Positions 1 through 9,600 of a stretch of 64,000 bases of DNA are shown one piece after another; within the stretch, counting starts at the first letter, position 1; the number at the start of each line of letters is the position of its first letter. The notes beneath the pieces are model-generated. The model was not told the DNA's origin. It saw nothing but the letters and a program-made list of their open reading frames with translations, and made no database searches. This stretch comes from Bacteroidales bacterium (GTDB lineage: Bacteria; Bacteroidota; Bacteroidia; Bacteroidales; UBA1402). Position numbers and translations under genes: made by a program. The stretch lies in assembly GCA_017468435.1 (NCBI GenBank), contig JAFUIP010000002.1, positions 2,025 through 66,024 on the forward strand, given 5' to 3'.

Positions 1-1410
1 TTCTCTTTTCTTAGTAATCACAAACTTACGTTTATTGCCATCTATGGTTGCATAAAGATGATAATTGCCTTTATAGGTCTGTTCTATGCGTACATTCTCA
101 TAGAGTACACCTCCTATTTCAATATTCACAACATCTTTAGATGCATCGGCGAATCCCCAACTCTCCAGAAGCTCTTTTAACCGAGTTTCAACTGCACTAA
201 TCCAACGTTCTTCAACAAGGTGCTTTTCTGCAAAAGACCTGAATTGGGAGATGGCTGTTACTACTTCGTTGATGATATTTTCGGGTTTTCTCACACCATT
301 CTCCTTGGCAAATGCCAAAGCATCTTCTTTGGTATGACCGTATAGTTTTCCATTCATCATCAAGCAATGCGCTTGCTCGGGTAAGTAACCACCCGAATTG
401 AAAATGTAGGTAAGGTCGTATGCTGGAGAGAGACTCCATTTACCTTGTTCATCCATCAAGAAGGAGAAGTTCTTGTTGTGGTCATCTGTATTGTTGGCCA
501 GGATATTGAATACCATTCTACGGAAAACCTCATCAAAGGTGGCAGCCGGTAAACGCATCTTTCTACATACCATCATCAACCTTTCATAACTATCTGCTTC
601 CGGATATAGAGCAGCAAGTGTCTGCATATGAAGTTTGCGCTCTTCATCACGGTCGAAGCGCTGAGTGACAAAATGCATGCTACCCTCTACTTCAATCAAT
701 CGACAAGGCATGATGTTGATACCGGCAGCCTTAGCCATTTCGTAATAGGCCATTTCCAATTCCGCTGATGAACGGCCAGGATCACCAAACTTCAATATAC
801 AATATTCAAACCCTTTCTGACCAGCAATCTGTCCACTTCGTATCTCACCCGTCTCAGGATTGATTGCTATGATAGCCTTAGGTTGGCGTCCACCAGCTGA
901 TGTTCCGACCGCAATCAAGGACTGCATTGTCAATGACTCATCCGGTGATATTTTTGCATGCTCCCTTTCTGTGAAAATCTTCTGAGCCAAATCGGTCAAA
1001 GCCTTCAAATTCAGTTGCTCCGATTTCTTTATACCCGAAGATTCAGGCATGAATTCCAAAGCTCCCATTCCCCGCTTACCAATGAATGACAACAAGTCCA
1101 AAGGTGTTATTTCTTGATTCCGAATGCCGCACTGAATACGCCAACATTCAAAAACCTGATTACCCCAGGCATCAGGAAGGGAATCTGCAAGGAAAGGAGG
1201 CAATTTGCGGTAAATTTTTGTCTCTTTATCCCCCATAATAGGGCGCTTGCTCGTTGGTGAATCTACAGGCGCAAGCAAGGGAAAAGGATTCAAAACTTTA
1301 GTAAGGAAATTATGATTGTATTCGAAATAGGAATTACCTCTTCGGGAATCCCATGACAAACGTCCTATTTCCTCATCCCAAAGAAAGACTTTAAGCGAGC
1401 TGGTAATCAT
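1..1410 (-). CDS. hipA: HipA-family kinase toxin (type II TA); C-terminus runs off the left window edge
   Basis: The gene is absent from the ORF track because it is open at nt 1. I checked all 470 codons of this frame and found no stop. Translation from ATG 1410 gives MITSSLKVFLWDEEIGRLSWDSRRGNSYFEY..., then GTSAGGRQPK (HipA nucleotide-binding loop type) and NNTDDHNKNFSF (catalytic loop). Its start overlaps the stop of the upstream HTH gene (ATGA, 1407-1410). Confidence 0.85.
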   Translation of the reverse strand, partial: MITSSLKVFLWDEEIGRLSWDSRRGNSYFEYNHNFLTKVLNPFPLLAPVDSPTSKRPIMGDKETKIYRKLPPFLADSLPDAWGNQVFECWRIQCGIRNQEITPLDLLSFIGKRGMGALEFMPESSGIKKSEQLNLKALTDLAQKIFTEREHAKISPDESLTMQSLIAVGTSAGGRQPKAIIAINPETGEIRSGQIAGQKGFEYCILKFGDPGRSSAELEMAYYEMAKAAGINIMPCRLIEVEGSMHFVTQRFDRDEERKLHMQTLAALYPEADSYERLMMVCRKMRLPAATFDEVFRRMVFNILANNTDDHNKNFSFLMDEQGKWSLSPAYDLTYIFNSGGYLPEQAHCLMMNGKLYGHTKEDALAFAKENGVRKPENIINEVVTAISQFRSFAEKHLVEERWISAVETRLKELLESWGFADASKDVVNIEIGGVLYENVRIEQTYKGNYHLYATIDGNKRKFVITKKRE

Positions 1411-1718
1411 TGTTTTTTATGTCTTATACGTTGAACCCTTGTTTGATTATCTCTAAGCAAGTAGGCCGATTCAGGAAGTTCTGGCATCATCTCGTCCAAA
1501 GCCTCAATTTGGCCAATGGCTTTCATAAGTGACAAAAATGTACCCAAGGACATATTGCCGCTTGCCCCATTCTCAAATTTGTGAATGGTGTTGATGGTGA
1601 TTCCCGATTGCTCTGCTACATCTTTTTGCGTCATGTGGGAACGCAAGCGATAATCCTTGAATCTGGCGCCAAGTAGCTTTATCAATTCAGGTATGGAATA
1701 TTCATAATAGTCATACAT
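1407..1718 (-). CDS. hipB: XRE-family helix-turn-helix antitoxin (HipB-like)
   Basis: A 103-aa ORF containing MTQKDVAEQSGITINTIHKFENG (a classic XRE HTH). It has a 4-nt overlap with the downstream HipA-like gene. Confidence 0.85.
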   Translation of the reverse strand: MYDYYEYSIPELIKLLGARFKDYRLRSHMTQKDVAEQSGITINTIHKFENGASGNMSLGTFLSLMKAIGQIEALDEMMPELPESAYLLRDNQTRVQRIRHKKQ

Positions 1719-1870
1719 ATATTATCTTATACATTAATTTAGCCGATTATTTTACTCTTTATTTATCTTTCACGATTATTTACAGCGCAAATATATTAAT
1801 TAATTCAGGAATCCAATACATCAACTTGAAAAATTCAGCCATTCGGTAGATTTTCTTACCTTTGCGGGCT

Positions 1871-2419
1871 ATGGTCAGTTTGTGGAAAATATTCTGGATT
1901 TTTGCAAAAATTGGCGCCTTCACCATTGGTGGCGGCATTCCCATGATTGTGGCCATCAAGAAGGAATTGGTGGAGCGCAAGTGGCTGAACGACGAAGATT
2001 TCGTGGATATCATCACCCTGGCTCAGACTGCGCCGGGCCTTTTTGCCGTCAACATTGCCATTCTTACCGGACACAGACTTCGTGGCACAAAAGGTAGCGT
2101 GACAGCCACCGTGGCCAGTTGTTTGCCGCCATTTCTTATCATTTTGCTGGTGGCCATGTTTTTCACCTCCTTCAAAGACAACGAATACGTTATCAAGGCT
2201 TTCAAAGGCATTAGGCCCGTGGTGGTGGCGCTCATCGGCATTCCCATGATAGACATGCTCAAGGCAACAAAAATGAGATGGTGGTCGTGGATTATCGTCA
2301 TTTCGTCTATGCTGCTGGTGTGTTTCCTGAGCGTTTCGCCCATCTATATTCTTATTTGCGTCATCGTCATGGCAGCGTTCGTCAGTTGGTACAACAACAG
2401 AAAGGAGGCAGAAAAATGA
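1871..2419 (+). CDS. chrA: chromate transporter family protein, first half of a short-CHR pair
   Basis: FAKIGAFTIGGG motif and a multi-TM hydrophobic sequence. I prefer ATG 1871 (MVSLWKIF...) over the TTG at 1862 given in the track. Confidence 0.8.
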   Translation: MVSLWKIFWIFAKIGAFTIGGGIPMIVAIKKELVERKWLNDEDFVDIITLAQTAPGLFAVNIAILTGHRLRGTKGSVTATVASCLPPFLIILLVAMFFTSFKDNEYVIKAFKGIRPVVVALIGIPMIDMLKATKMRWWSWIIVISSMLLVCFLSVSPIYILICVIVMAAFVSWYNNRKEAEK

Positions 2420-2964
2420 TTTTCGTCGAGCTTTTCCTTACCTTCTTTCTTATCGGCATGTTCACCATTGGCGGTGGATACGCCATGCTGTCGCTCATTC
2501 AAAACGAGGTGGTGAGCGTACACGGCTGGATCACCGACGCCATGTTTACCGACATCGTGGCCATCTCGCAAATGACGCCCGGCCCTATCGGCATCAACTC
2601 GGCCACTTACATTGGCTACGAAGTGCTTTCGCAACAGGGAGCCTCGGAATTCATGTGTGTTCTTGGTTCGTTTACGGCTACGTTTGCCGTGGTATTGCCC
2701 TCTTTCATCATCGTGCTCATGCTTTGCAAGGTGTACGAAAAATGGAAAGATCATTACCTGTTCAAGGGCATCATGTCGGGGCTGAAACCTGCCACTTTGG
2801 GACTTATCGGAACGGCGGCGCTCAGCTTGGCCACGCCGGAAAACTTCATCGACTGGAAGAGTTTTGTCATTTGCATTCTCGCCTTCATTGCCCTCTACTT
2901 CAAGAAAGTAGGCCCGTTCGGCATCATCGGCCTCGGTGCTTTGGTAGGTCTGTTGGTGTATTGA
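2416..2964 (+). CDS. chrA: chromate transporter family protein, second half of a short-CHR pair
   Basis: MIFVELFLTFFLIGMFTIGGGYAMLSL... The ATG at 2416 overlaps the stop of the first half (ATGA). The upstream extension in the ORF track lies in the frame overlapping the first gene and looks spurious. Confidence 0.8.
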   Translation: MIFVELFLTFFLIGMFTIGGGYAMLSLIQNEVVSVHGWITDAMFTDIVAISQMTPGPIGINSATYIGYEVLSQQGASEFMCVLGSFTATFAVVLPSFIIVLMLCKVYEKWKDHYLFKGIMSGLKPATLGLIGTAALSLATPENFIDWKSFVICILAFIALYFKKVGPFGIIGLGALVGLLVY

Positions 2965-2972
2965 AAATTCAT

Positions 2973-4226
2973 TTACCGAAAGGAAGCCAATGCTTTCATC
3001 ACATTGGCGGGAGCGCGATTGGCACGAAGTTCGGCTGCCATGAAATCCATGTAGGGCGCCACATGACTGAAAAATTGTTGGTAGCCTGGGCAGAGATAAT
3101 TGAGTCCGGACTCGCCGCCGGCCGCGCGGGCAAAACGATTCTTGGGGCATTCGCCGTGGCAGGCAAAGAGGAATTCGCATTGCTGGCAATCTTCGGGAAG
3201 ATTTTGCGTTTTCTTGGAAGCAAAAGCCTGTTGCCGAGGGCCGTAAAGCATTTCTATCAAGGTATTTTCGTGAATGTTTCCCAACCGATACTGCGGAAAA
3301 ACAAAGTGATCGCAGCTATAGACATCGCCATTGAACTCCATCACCGCGGCATGACCGCAATGCGACGACAAACTACAGAGACCGGGCTCCTCGCCTACCC
3401 AATTGGCCAGCGTCGCGTCGAAAATCTGCACAAAATAGCGGCCCACATCTTCCTTGATCCATTCGTCAAAAATCGCACAGAGAAAGCCTCCCCATTGTTC
3501 GGGCGTGATGGATTCGGGTGTCAGCGACAAGTGGCCGGGAGCGCTTTCATCGGAGAAGTTGCATTCGCTGAGCTCATCGGGAGCGGCCAAGTGGCGGCCG
3601 TCGGGCTTTGGACTGAGACGTTCCACGATGGGCGTAAACTGAATGTAATGGCAATCTATTTCCTTGAAAAAACGGTAGAAACCAAGCGGATCGTCCACAT
3701 TTCGGCTGTTCACCACCGCCATGGCATTCCATTCTACCTGATGCTTGTTCAGACAATCTATGCCCCGCATCACCTGCGCAAAAGAGGGAGAACCATTCGT
3801 AAAACGACGATATGCATCGTGAGAGGCTTGCGGACCATCTATGGAAAGCCCCACCAGCCAATGATTCTCTTTGAAGAAACGACACCATTCATCGTTGAGC
3901 AGGCTGCCGTTGGTCTGAATGCAATTGTCTATGATGCGTCCGTCGGCGTACTTGCGCTGAAAGTCCATGGCTTTGCGATAGAAACTGACAGGCCGCATCA
4001 AAGGTTCGCCACCATGCCAGGTAAAGAGCACTTGCTGCATGGTTTGCGCCTCTATGTATTGTTGGGTGAATCGTTCCAGATCTTGCTCCGTCAACAGCGG
4101 CCGCTGCCCGGCGTAGAGCTTTTCCTTTTCCGAGTAGTAGCAGTACGAACAAGCCATGTTGCAGCGCGAGCCTACGGGCTTCAGCATCACGTAAAGGGGG
4201 CGGGCAAAGGGCGCGTAAGCATTCAT
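2973..4226 (-). CDS. anaerobic sulfatase-maturating enzyme (radical SAM/SPASM, anSME)
   Basis: N-terminal CNMACSYCYY (a CxxxCxxC radical-SAM cluster) and C-terminal Cys clusters (CQQCEFLFACHGECPKN). ATG 4226-4224 overlaps the sulfatase stop TGA (4228-4226). Confidence 0.9.
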   Translation of the reverse strand: MNAYAPFARPLYVMLKPVGSRCNMACSYCYYSEKEKLYAGQRPLLTEQDLERFTQQYIEAQTMQQVLFTWHGGEPLMRPVSFYRKAMDFQRKYADGRIIDNCIQTNGSLLNDEWCRFFKENHWLVGLSIDGPQASHDAYRRFTNGSPSFAQVMRGIDCLNKHQVEWNAMAVVNSRNVDDPLGFYRFFKEIDCHYIQFTPIVERLSPKPDGRHLAAPDELSECNFSDESAPGHLSLTPESITPEQWGGFLCAIFDEWIKEDVGRYFVQIFDATLANWVGEEPGLCSLSSHCGHAAVMEFNGDVYSCDHFVFPQYRLGNIHENTLIEMLYGPRQQAFASKKTQNLPEDCQQCEFLFACHGECPKNRFARAAGGESGLNYLCPGYQQFFSHVAPYMDFMAAELRANRAPANVMKALASFR

Positions 4227-5704
4227 CACTGCGAGAGATTATCTTCGTCGGCCGGGTTTGCGACTTCACCGGTCGGGTTTGCGACTTCGCCAGTCGGGTT
4301 TGCCACTTCGCCGGACGAGTTTGCGACTTCACCGGGCAGCGGCCAGTTGGGCGAAGGCACGCGCATGCGGGCCATTTCCGCTTCGAATGCGGCCACCATC
4401 TCGGGATACTTATCCGCCAAGTTGTTCGACTCCGTCATATCTTCCTTGATGTTATACAACTCGAGCGGGGCATCTTTTTGGACACTCACCACCTTCCAAT
4501 CGCCTTTTCGGGCGGCGCGTTGCTTGCCCGTGAATTCCCAATACAACATCCGGGAGTCGGTTTCATCCATCGTTTTTCCTTGCAAAAGCGGCAACAGATT
4601 GATGCCGTTTCTACGCTTGGGAAGGTATTTTTCAGCCTGGGCCACGGCAGCCAAAGTAGGCATCACATCGGGGAAATAAATAAGGTTGTCGAGCTTCTGC
4701 ACCGGAATGCGACCCGGCTGATTCACAATGAAAGGCACACGAATGCCACCTTCGTACAATTGTCCTTTCATGCCTTTGAGCGAACCCTTGCAACCCAATT
4801 CTTCCAGCGGCGCCTGCTTGGCGGCTCCATTGTCCGAAGCAAAAATAACGAGCGTATTTTCCCTGAGGCCCAAACGATCCAACTCACTGAGCAATCGACC
4901 AATAGCGCGGTCCATATGCGTGATGAGCGAAGCATAGCGCTTGGTGTTCATCTCCCAGGTTTCCTGGTCGTACCAAGTGGTTTCCTCTATGTTATAGGGT
5001 TCATGCGGCGCGTCGTAAGCCAAATAAAGAAAAAAGGGATTGTCTTGATTTCTTCTGACAAAATCTATGGCATCCTGCGTAGAAATATCCGTATTATGTT
5101 TGATGCGTTTATCGTCTTGGTTTTCAGCGATATTGATAAGCTGATGATTGTCGAAGCGCCAATAAGGATAGTAATAAGGATCGTTGGAATAGGCCGTGCT
5201 CACCAGCCAGCCGTAGAACTCGTCGAAACCACGATTGAGCGGCGTAGCCTCTGGATTGAAGCCATCCAAATGCCATTTGTTCACTAAACAAGTGCGATAG
5301 CCGGCCGCACCCAAAACATGCGCAAGGGTGGTATCGTTGGGCAGAATGTGCATACGTCGGATGGTCTTGTCGCCTTTCTTTCCTTCAATGCCGCCCTGCA
5401 CGCAGAAATTGTCGCGAATGGTGGTATTGCCCGTGTGTCGGCCTGTCATCAGCGCACAGCGCGAAGGTGAACTCACGCCCGAGCCGGCATAACATTGCGT
5501 AAAAGTGGTACCCGTTTCGGCCAATCGGTCTATATTGGGCGTCTTGATGTATTTATTTCCGTAGCAAGCCAAATCACAGTAACCCAAGTCGTCGGCCAAG
5601 ATAAAAACAATGTTGGGCTGCGCCTGCGTCTGTGTGGATCCGCAAGCCAAAGCGCCAAAAGCGCAAGCCACTTTCATCAACATACCATCTTTCTGCATAA
5701 ACAT
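4226..5704 (-). CDS. Ser-type sulfatase (arylsulfatase/GalNAc-6-sulfatase-like), secreted
   Basis: ILADDLGYCD plus the formylglycine signature S-S-P-S-R-C-A-L-M-T-G-R, whose first residue is Ser (codon AGT at 5471-5473) rather than Cys. It has a signal peptide and a C-terminal GEVANxx heptad tail. Confidence 0.9.
   Translation of the reverse strand: MFMQKDGMLMKVACAFGALACGSTQTQAQPNIVFILADDLGYCDLACYGNKYIKTPNIDRLAETGTTFTQCYAGSGVSSPSRCALMTGRHTGNTTIRDNFCVQGGIEGKKGDKTIRRMHILPNDTTLAHVLGAAGYRTCLVNKWHLDGFNPEATPLNRGFDEFYGWLVSTAYSNDPYYYPYWRFDNHQLINIAENQDDKRIKHNTDISTQDAIDFVRRNQDNPFFLYLAYDAPHEPYNIEETTWYDQETWEMNTKRYASLITHMDRAIGRLLSELDRLGLRENTLVIFASDNGAAKQAPLEELGCKGSLKGMKGQLYEGGIRVPFIVNQPGRIPVQKLDNLIYFPDVMPTLAAVAQAEKYLPKRRNGINLLPLLQGKTMDETDSRMLYWEFTGKQRAARKGDWKVVSVQKDAPLELYNIKEDMTESNNLADKYPEMVAAFEAEMARMRVPSPNWPLPGEVANSSGEVANPTGEVANPTGEVANPADEDNLSQ
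4254..4337. repeat. 4 x 21-bp tandem repeat inside the sulfatase 3' end
   Basis: The units are gggtttgcgacttcaccggtc / gggtttgcgacttcgccagtc / gggtttgccacttcgccggac / gagtttgcgacttcaccgggc. On the minus strand they encode GEVANSS-GEVANPT-GEVANPT-GEVANPA. Confidence 0.9.
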
Positions 5705-6459
5705 TAATTTTTAAACATGGTGAGACGTTCCCAAAGACAGGTGGGAATAAGATTCCAAAAAGCCACGAGCAAACGGAATCGCCAGTCGAAAATAAGCACG
5801 CGTTGGCGACGACGAAGCCCGCGGACAATAATATCGGCAGCTTTTTCCACCGTCATGAGCATGGGATAATGTTTGTTGGGATTCAGGATGGCCGTGGCCA
5901 CGAAGCCGGGACGAATATCGGTGAAATCGGCAGGAATCTTCTGCATACGACAAAACTGCGAAAGCGCCACCAAATACGTAGATTGCATCTTTTTCGTAGC
6001 CGAATAAGCCGGAGCCGCGCCCAAACCTTTGGTACCCGCCACCGAACTAATCACCGCCACTTGCGCCTTATGTACGGCATAATACGAGGCATTGTCTCTA
6101 ACATATTGCAAAAATTTATCGACAATGCGCACCATGCCTTCGCAATTGGTTTTGACCGTATCGATTTCTATATTTTCGTCTAAGGACGGATTCTGCTTGC
6201 CTATGCCAGAAGCATACAGAAGCAAATCGGGATGGCCCATGGAAGCAATGAGTTCGTCCAGCTTATCACCAGCAGAAGGCTGGGTAACATCCATCACTGC
6301 TATTTTTACCTTGTCGGCACCATAATTCTCGCGCAAGGCCAAAAGTTCTGCCTCGCGCCTGCCGGCCACGCCCACTACCCAAGCATCTTGCAAAAGATTT
6401 ATAGCCAGTTGCTTTCCTATGCCGGAAGTGGCACCTATAATGATAGCTCGTTTTTCCAT
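5704..6459 (-). CDS. short-chain dehydrogenase/reductase (SDR)
   Basis: IIIGATSGIGKQLA (a TGxxxGxG Rossmann motif) and a YSATK active-site-like motif. I chose the start at MEKRAIIIG; the track ORF extends to 6507. Its stop TAA (5704-5706) overlaps the sulfatase ATG (TAATG). Confidence 0.85.
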   Translation of the reverse strand: MEKRAIIIGATSGIGKQLAINLLQDAWVVGVAGRREAELLALRENYGADKVKIAVMDVTQPSAGDKLDELIASMGHPDLLLYASGIGKQNPSLDENIEIDTVKTNCEGMVRIVDKFLQYVRDNASYYAVHKAQVAVISSVAGTKGLGAAPAYSATKKMQSTYLVALSQFCRMQKIPADFTDIRPGFVATAILNPNKHYPMLMTVEKAADIIVRGLRRRQRVLIFDWRFRLLVAFWNLIPTCLWERLTMFKN

Positions 6460-6521
6460 AAATTTATTTTCGCAAAGATGCATATTTTTCTCCATTCGAT
6501 ATTGCAAATACTAAAAATTGT

Positions 6522-6529
6522 TAACTTTG
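6522..6529 (+). promoter_or_regulatory. candidate Bacteroidetes -7 box (TAACTTTG) upstream of the CE8 gene
   Basis: It matches the TAnnTTTG consensus 77 nt upstream of ATG 6606. No clean TTTG -33 element was seen. Confidence 0.3.
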
Positions 6530-6605
6530 TGAGTTGTTTTTCGCACGATTTCATGATAGAAATAACATCACAACTCATTTTTATTAACTATTAACTTTTT
6601 AAACT

Positions 6606-9600
6606 ATGGCTAAAATTTCAAGATTTTTCCTTGCTGTGTTTATGATGATGGCATTTGCATTGCCCTCGTCTGCCGCATTCAAGGACATCAAGATCGATTT
6701 GGCAGAAAGTGCATTTTTGGAAGCATCCGAAAAGGACGACAGTGCTCATCCTCGTGTTTCCTTAGGTTTGACCGTGGCCGACGATGGTACATTGACCCGC
6801 GTGGCTGCTGACGATGCCTCTGCCAACATTGTACTCGAAGGCTGCTGGTGGAATAGCCACGGCTGGTCTGGCACAAGCGCTACCCTTGCGGTAGAAGGCC
6901 CTGTAAAGATTGGTATCGGTTCTTGCACCTTTGCCGGTCATGACATCACCGTTAAGAACGCCGAAGGCCAGGAAGTTGCTAAATTTGCTGCCGGTGGTCT
7001 CGGTTGCTGGGAAGGTAACAAGACGGAAGAAAACATCACTTATGCTTACTATTCCGGCGAGGCTACCACTCTGAGCATCAGCATTCCCAGTTATTGTCCT
7101 TATCTTTCCGTAGAAAAGACCGACTATGTTCCCACCGAAGTCACTGTCACTTACGCTTTGGGCGAGGTTGCTTGCGAAGGCGACCTTGTTCCTGCTGCCG
7201 TAAAGATTACTTCTGGCGCAGCTACCATTATTCCTGCCAATTTTACGCTTTATGTAGAAGGCAAGACCCTGACGGCTTGGACCGACGGAACCAACACTTA
7301 TGCCGTAGGTTCTGAAATGACTCCCGCTGCCGACGTCACTTTGACTCCCGTATTCACCGCCAACGAAGTTTCTTTGGCAGATCGTACCGAAGCGGTTACT
7401 TTGAAATGGGATTTCCAACGTAAAAATGGTGCTCCTACCGTGGCTTGGCAAGGCAAGGATGGTCTGGTTTGGGTAACTCAGGCCACCATCAACGGCAAAG
7501 TCATCGACGTGAAGGCCGACCTTTCTACCAATCCTGGTAAAATGGCCAACGGCAGTTGGAACGACTGGGCTCAATTGAACGGCGGTACCACCTTCAGCAT
7601 TCCTTCTTGCAAGGGTGCCGTGGTAAGCGTGGAAGCTTACAATGCGCTTGGTACCGGTGACAGTCCTTTGACTATTGATGGTCATAAAGATTATACCTCA
7701 GCCAAGGTTATTGAATATACCGTTGACAATACAGCCGAAAGCATCGACGTGGTCATTGGTAGCGAAGGTTCTTACTATCGTTATATTCAAACTGTTCTTC
7801 CCGTGGTTGAAGACGAACCTGTTCAAACCGGATGGCAGGACATCAAGATCGATTTCACCAATGGACAGATGCTGACCTCTTCTGAAAACAGCAGCATCGT
7901 TTCATTCGGCGTTTCCATGGTTGATGGCAATGCCGTTCGCGTAGCTGCCGATGATGCTTCGGCTAACATTGTCATCTCCGGTAAGTATCATAGCGACCAA
8001 CATGGTTTGGCCAACTTCTCTTCTACCGTCAAAGTGGAAGGTCCTGTGAAGATTGGTATGGGCTCATGCGCTTGGGGCGGCGACGTTACCATCAAGAACG
8101 AAGCCGGCGAAACGCTTGGTACATTCAACACCAACAATGGCGCTTGCTGGAGCAATAGCAATCCTACTGAAAATATTGTTTACGGTTATTACACCGGAGA
8201 AGCCGCTACCCTTACCATTGCCGGTGGCGCTTATACGCCTTTCTTCTCGGTAGAAAAAGTGGATGAAGTTCCCACCGAAGCCACTGTTACTTACTCACTT
8301 GGCGATGTTACCGCACAAGGTGAAGTTCCCGCAGCCGTGAAAGTATTAGCTGGCGAAAAGGTGGTGATTCCTGCCAATTTTACGCTTTATGTAGAAGGCA
8401 AGACCCTGACGGCTTGGACCGACGGAACCAACACTTATGCCGTAGGTTCTGAAATAACTCCCGCTGCCGACCTCACTTTGACTCCCGTATTCACCGCCAA
8501 CGAAGTTTCTTTGGCAGATCGTACCGAAGCGGTTACTTTGAAATGGGATTTCCAACGTAAAAATGGTGCTCCTACCGTGGCTTGGCAAGGCAAGGATGGT
8601 TTGATTTGGGTAACGCAAGCCACCATCAACGGCAAAGTCATCGACGTGAAGGCTGACCTTTCTACCAATCCCGGTAAGATGGCCAACGGCAACTGGAACG
8701 ACTGGGCTCAATTGAACGGCGGTACCACTTTCACCATTCCTTCTTGCAAGGGTGCCGTGGTAAGTGTGGAAGCCTACAATGTATTGGGCGAAGGTAAAGA
8801 CGTGGTGCTCACCATCGACGGACAAAAAGACTACACCCCTGGTAAGACTATCAGCTACACCGTTGCCAACACGGCCGAAACCATCGACGTGGTCATTGGT
8901 GAAGAAGGTTCTTACTATCGTTATATTCAAACTGTTCTTCCCGTGGTTGAAAAACCGGCCGGTGGCAAGACCTTCAACAACGAAGCCGCTACCATTGCTT
9001 GGCCATTTAACAACTCATCTGAAGCGAGCGTATTTACAGCAACTCCTGCTGAAGCATTCAGCACTATCAATACCGACCTTGGAGACCTGGAACTGAAAGG
9101 AACAGGAACCGGCCAAGCCAAGGATGATGCAGGAAATAGTGTTACATTTATCAAACTTAGACCTTCAGGCAACACTCAAGCCGCTAAATGGGAAATCAAA
9201 CCGGCTGCCGGCCTTACCTTCACGCCTACAAAGGTGAGCATGTACATCCAGCGTTTCGGTACTGACGCTGAAAACGGTGTTAACGTAACGGCCGTCCTGG
9301 CTAACGGCACCTCTGTTTCCCTTGGCACCTTCACAGCTCCTCGTAACAATAAATCACAGGCTGATGATAAGTTTGGTGCAAGCTCAAACTACACGAATAA
9401 GGTAGAAATAGCGCTCACTGCAGAACAGCAGGCTCAACTTGCTACTACAGATGCCTTTGCCATCACTGCTACTGTTGGCGTAAGCGCAACTAAGGAAGGT
9501 GGTTTCAGCGATGTTCAGATTCATGGTCTTATCAATGGTACCGTTGCCAACGTTGCCAAATATACGCTTGCAACGGCTGTTTCTCCCGAAGAAAGCGGTT

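Noticed and set aside
1862-1870. Upstream alternative starts given by the ORF track: 1862 TTG, 2278, 22332, 45871, 42041, 55364, 59887 TTG and 60197.
   Set aside because: In each case a downstream ATG gives a proper signal peptide or conserved N-terminus, or removes an overlap with the preceding gene. The coordinates in the feature list use those starts, but they remain predictions.
4254-4337. Evenly spaced 21-bp repeats that at first glance resemble a mini CRISPR array.
   Set aside because: The units are directly adjacent with no spacers, lie in frame inside the sulfatase CDS and encode a heptad peptide repeat. No cas genes are present.
2655-4679. 674-aa plus-strand ORF spanning the anSME and sulfatase region.
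   Set aside because: It lies antisense to two genes with unambiguous family motifs (CxxxCxxC radical SAM; the sulfatase signature). Its own translation is low-complexity (R/G/H-rich) with no motif, which is typical of a shadow ORF in GC-rich coding DNA.
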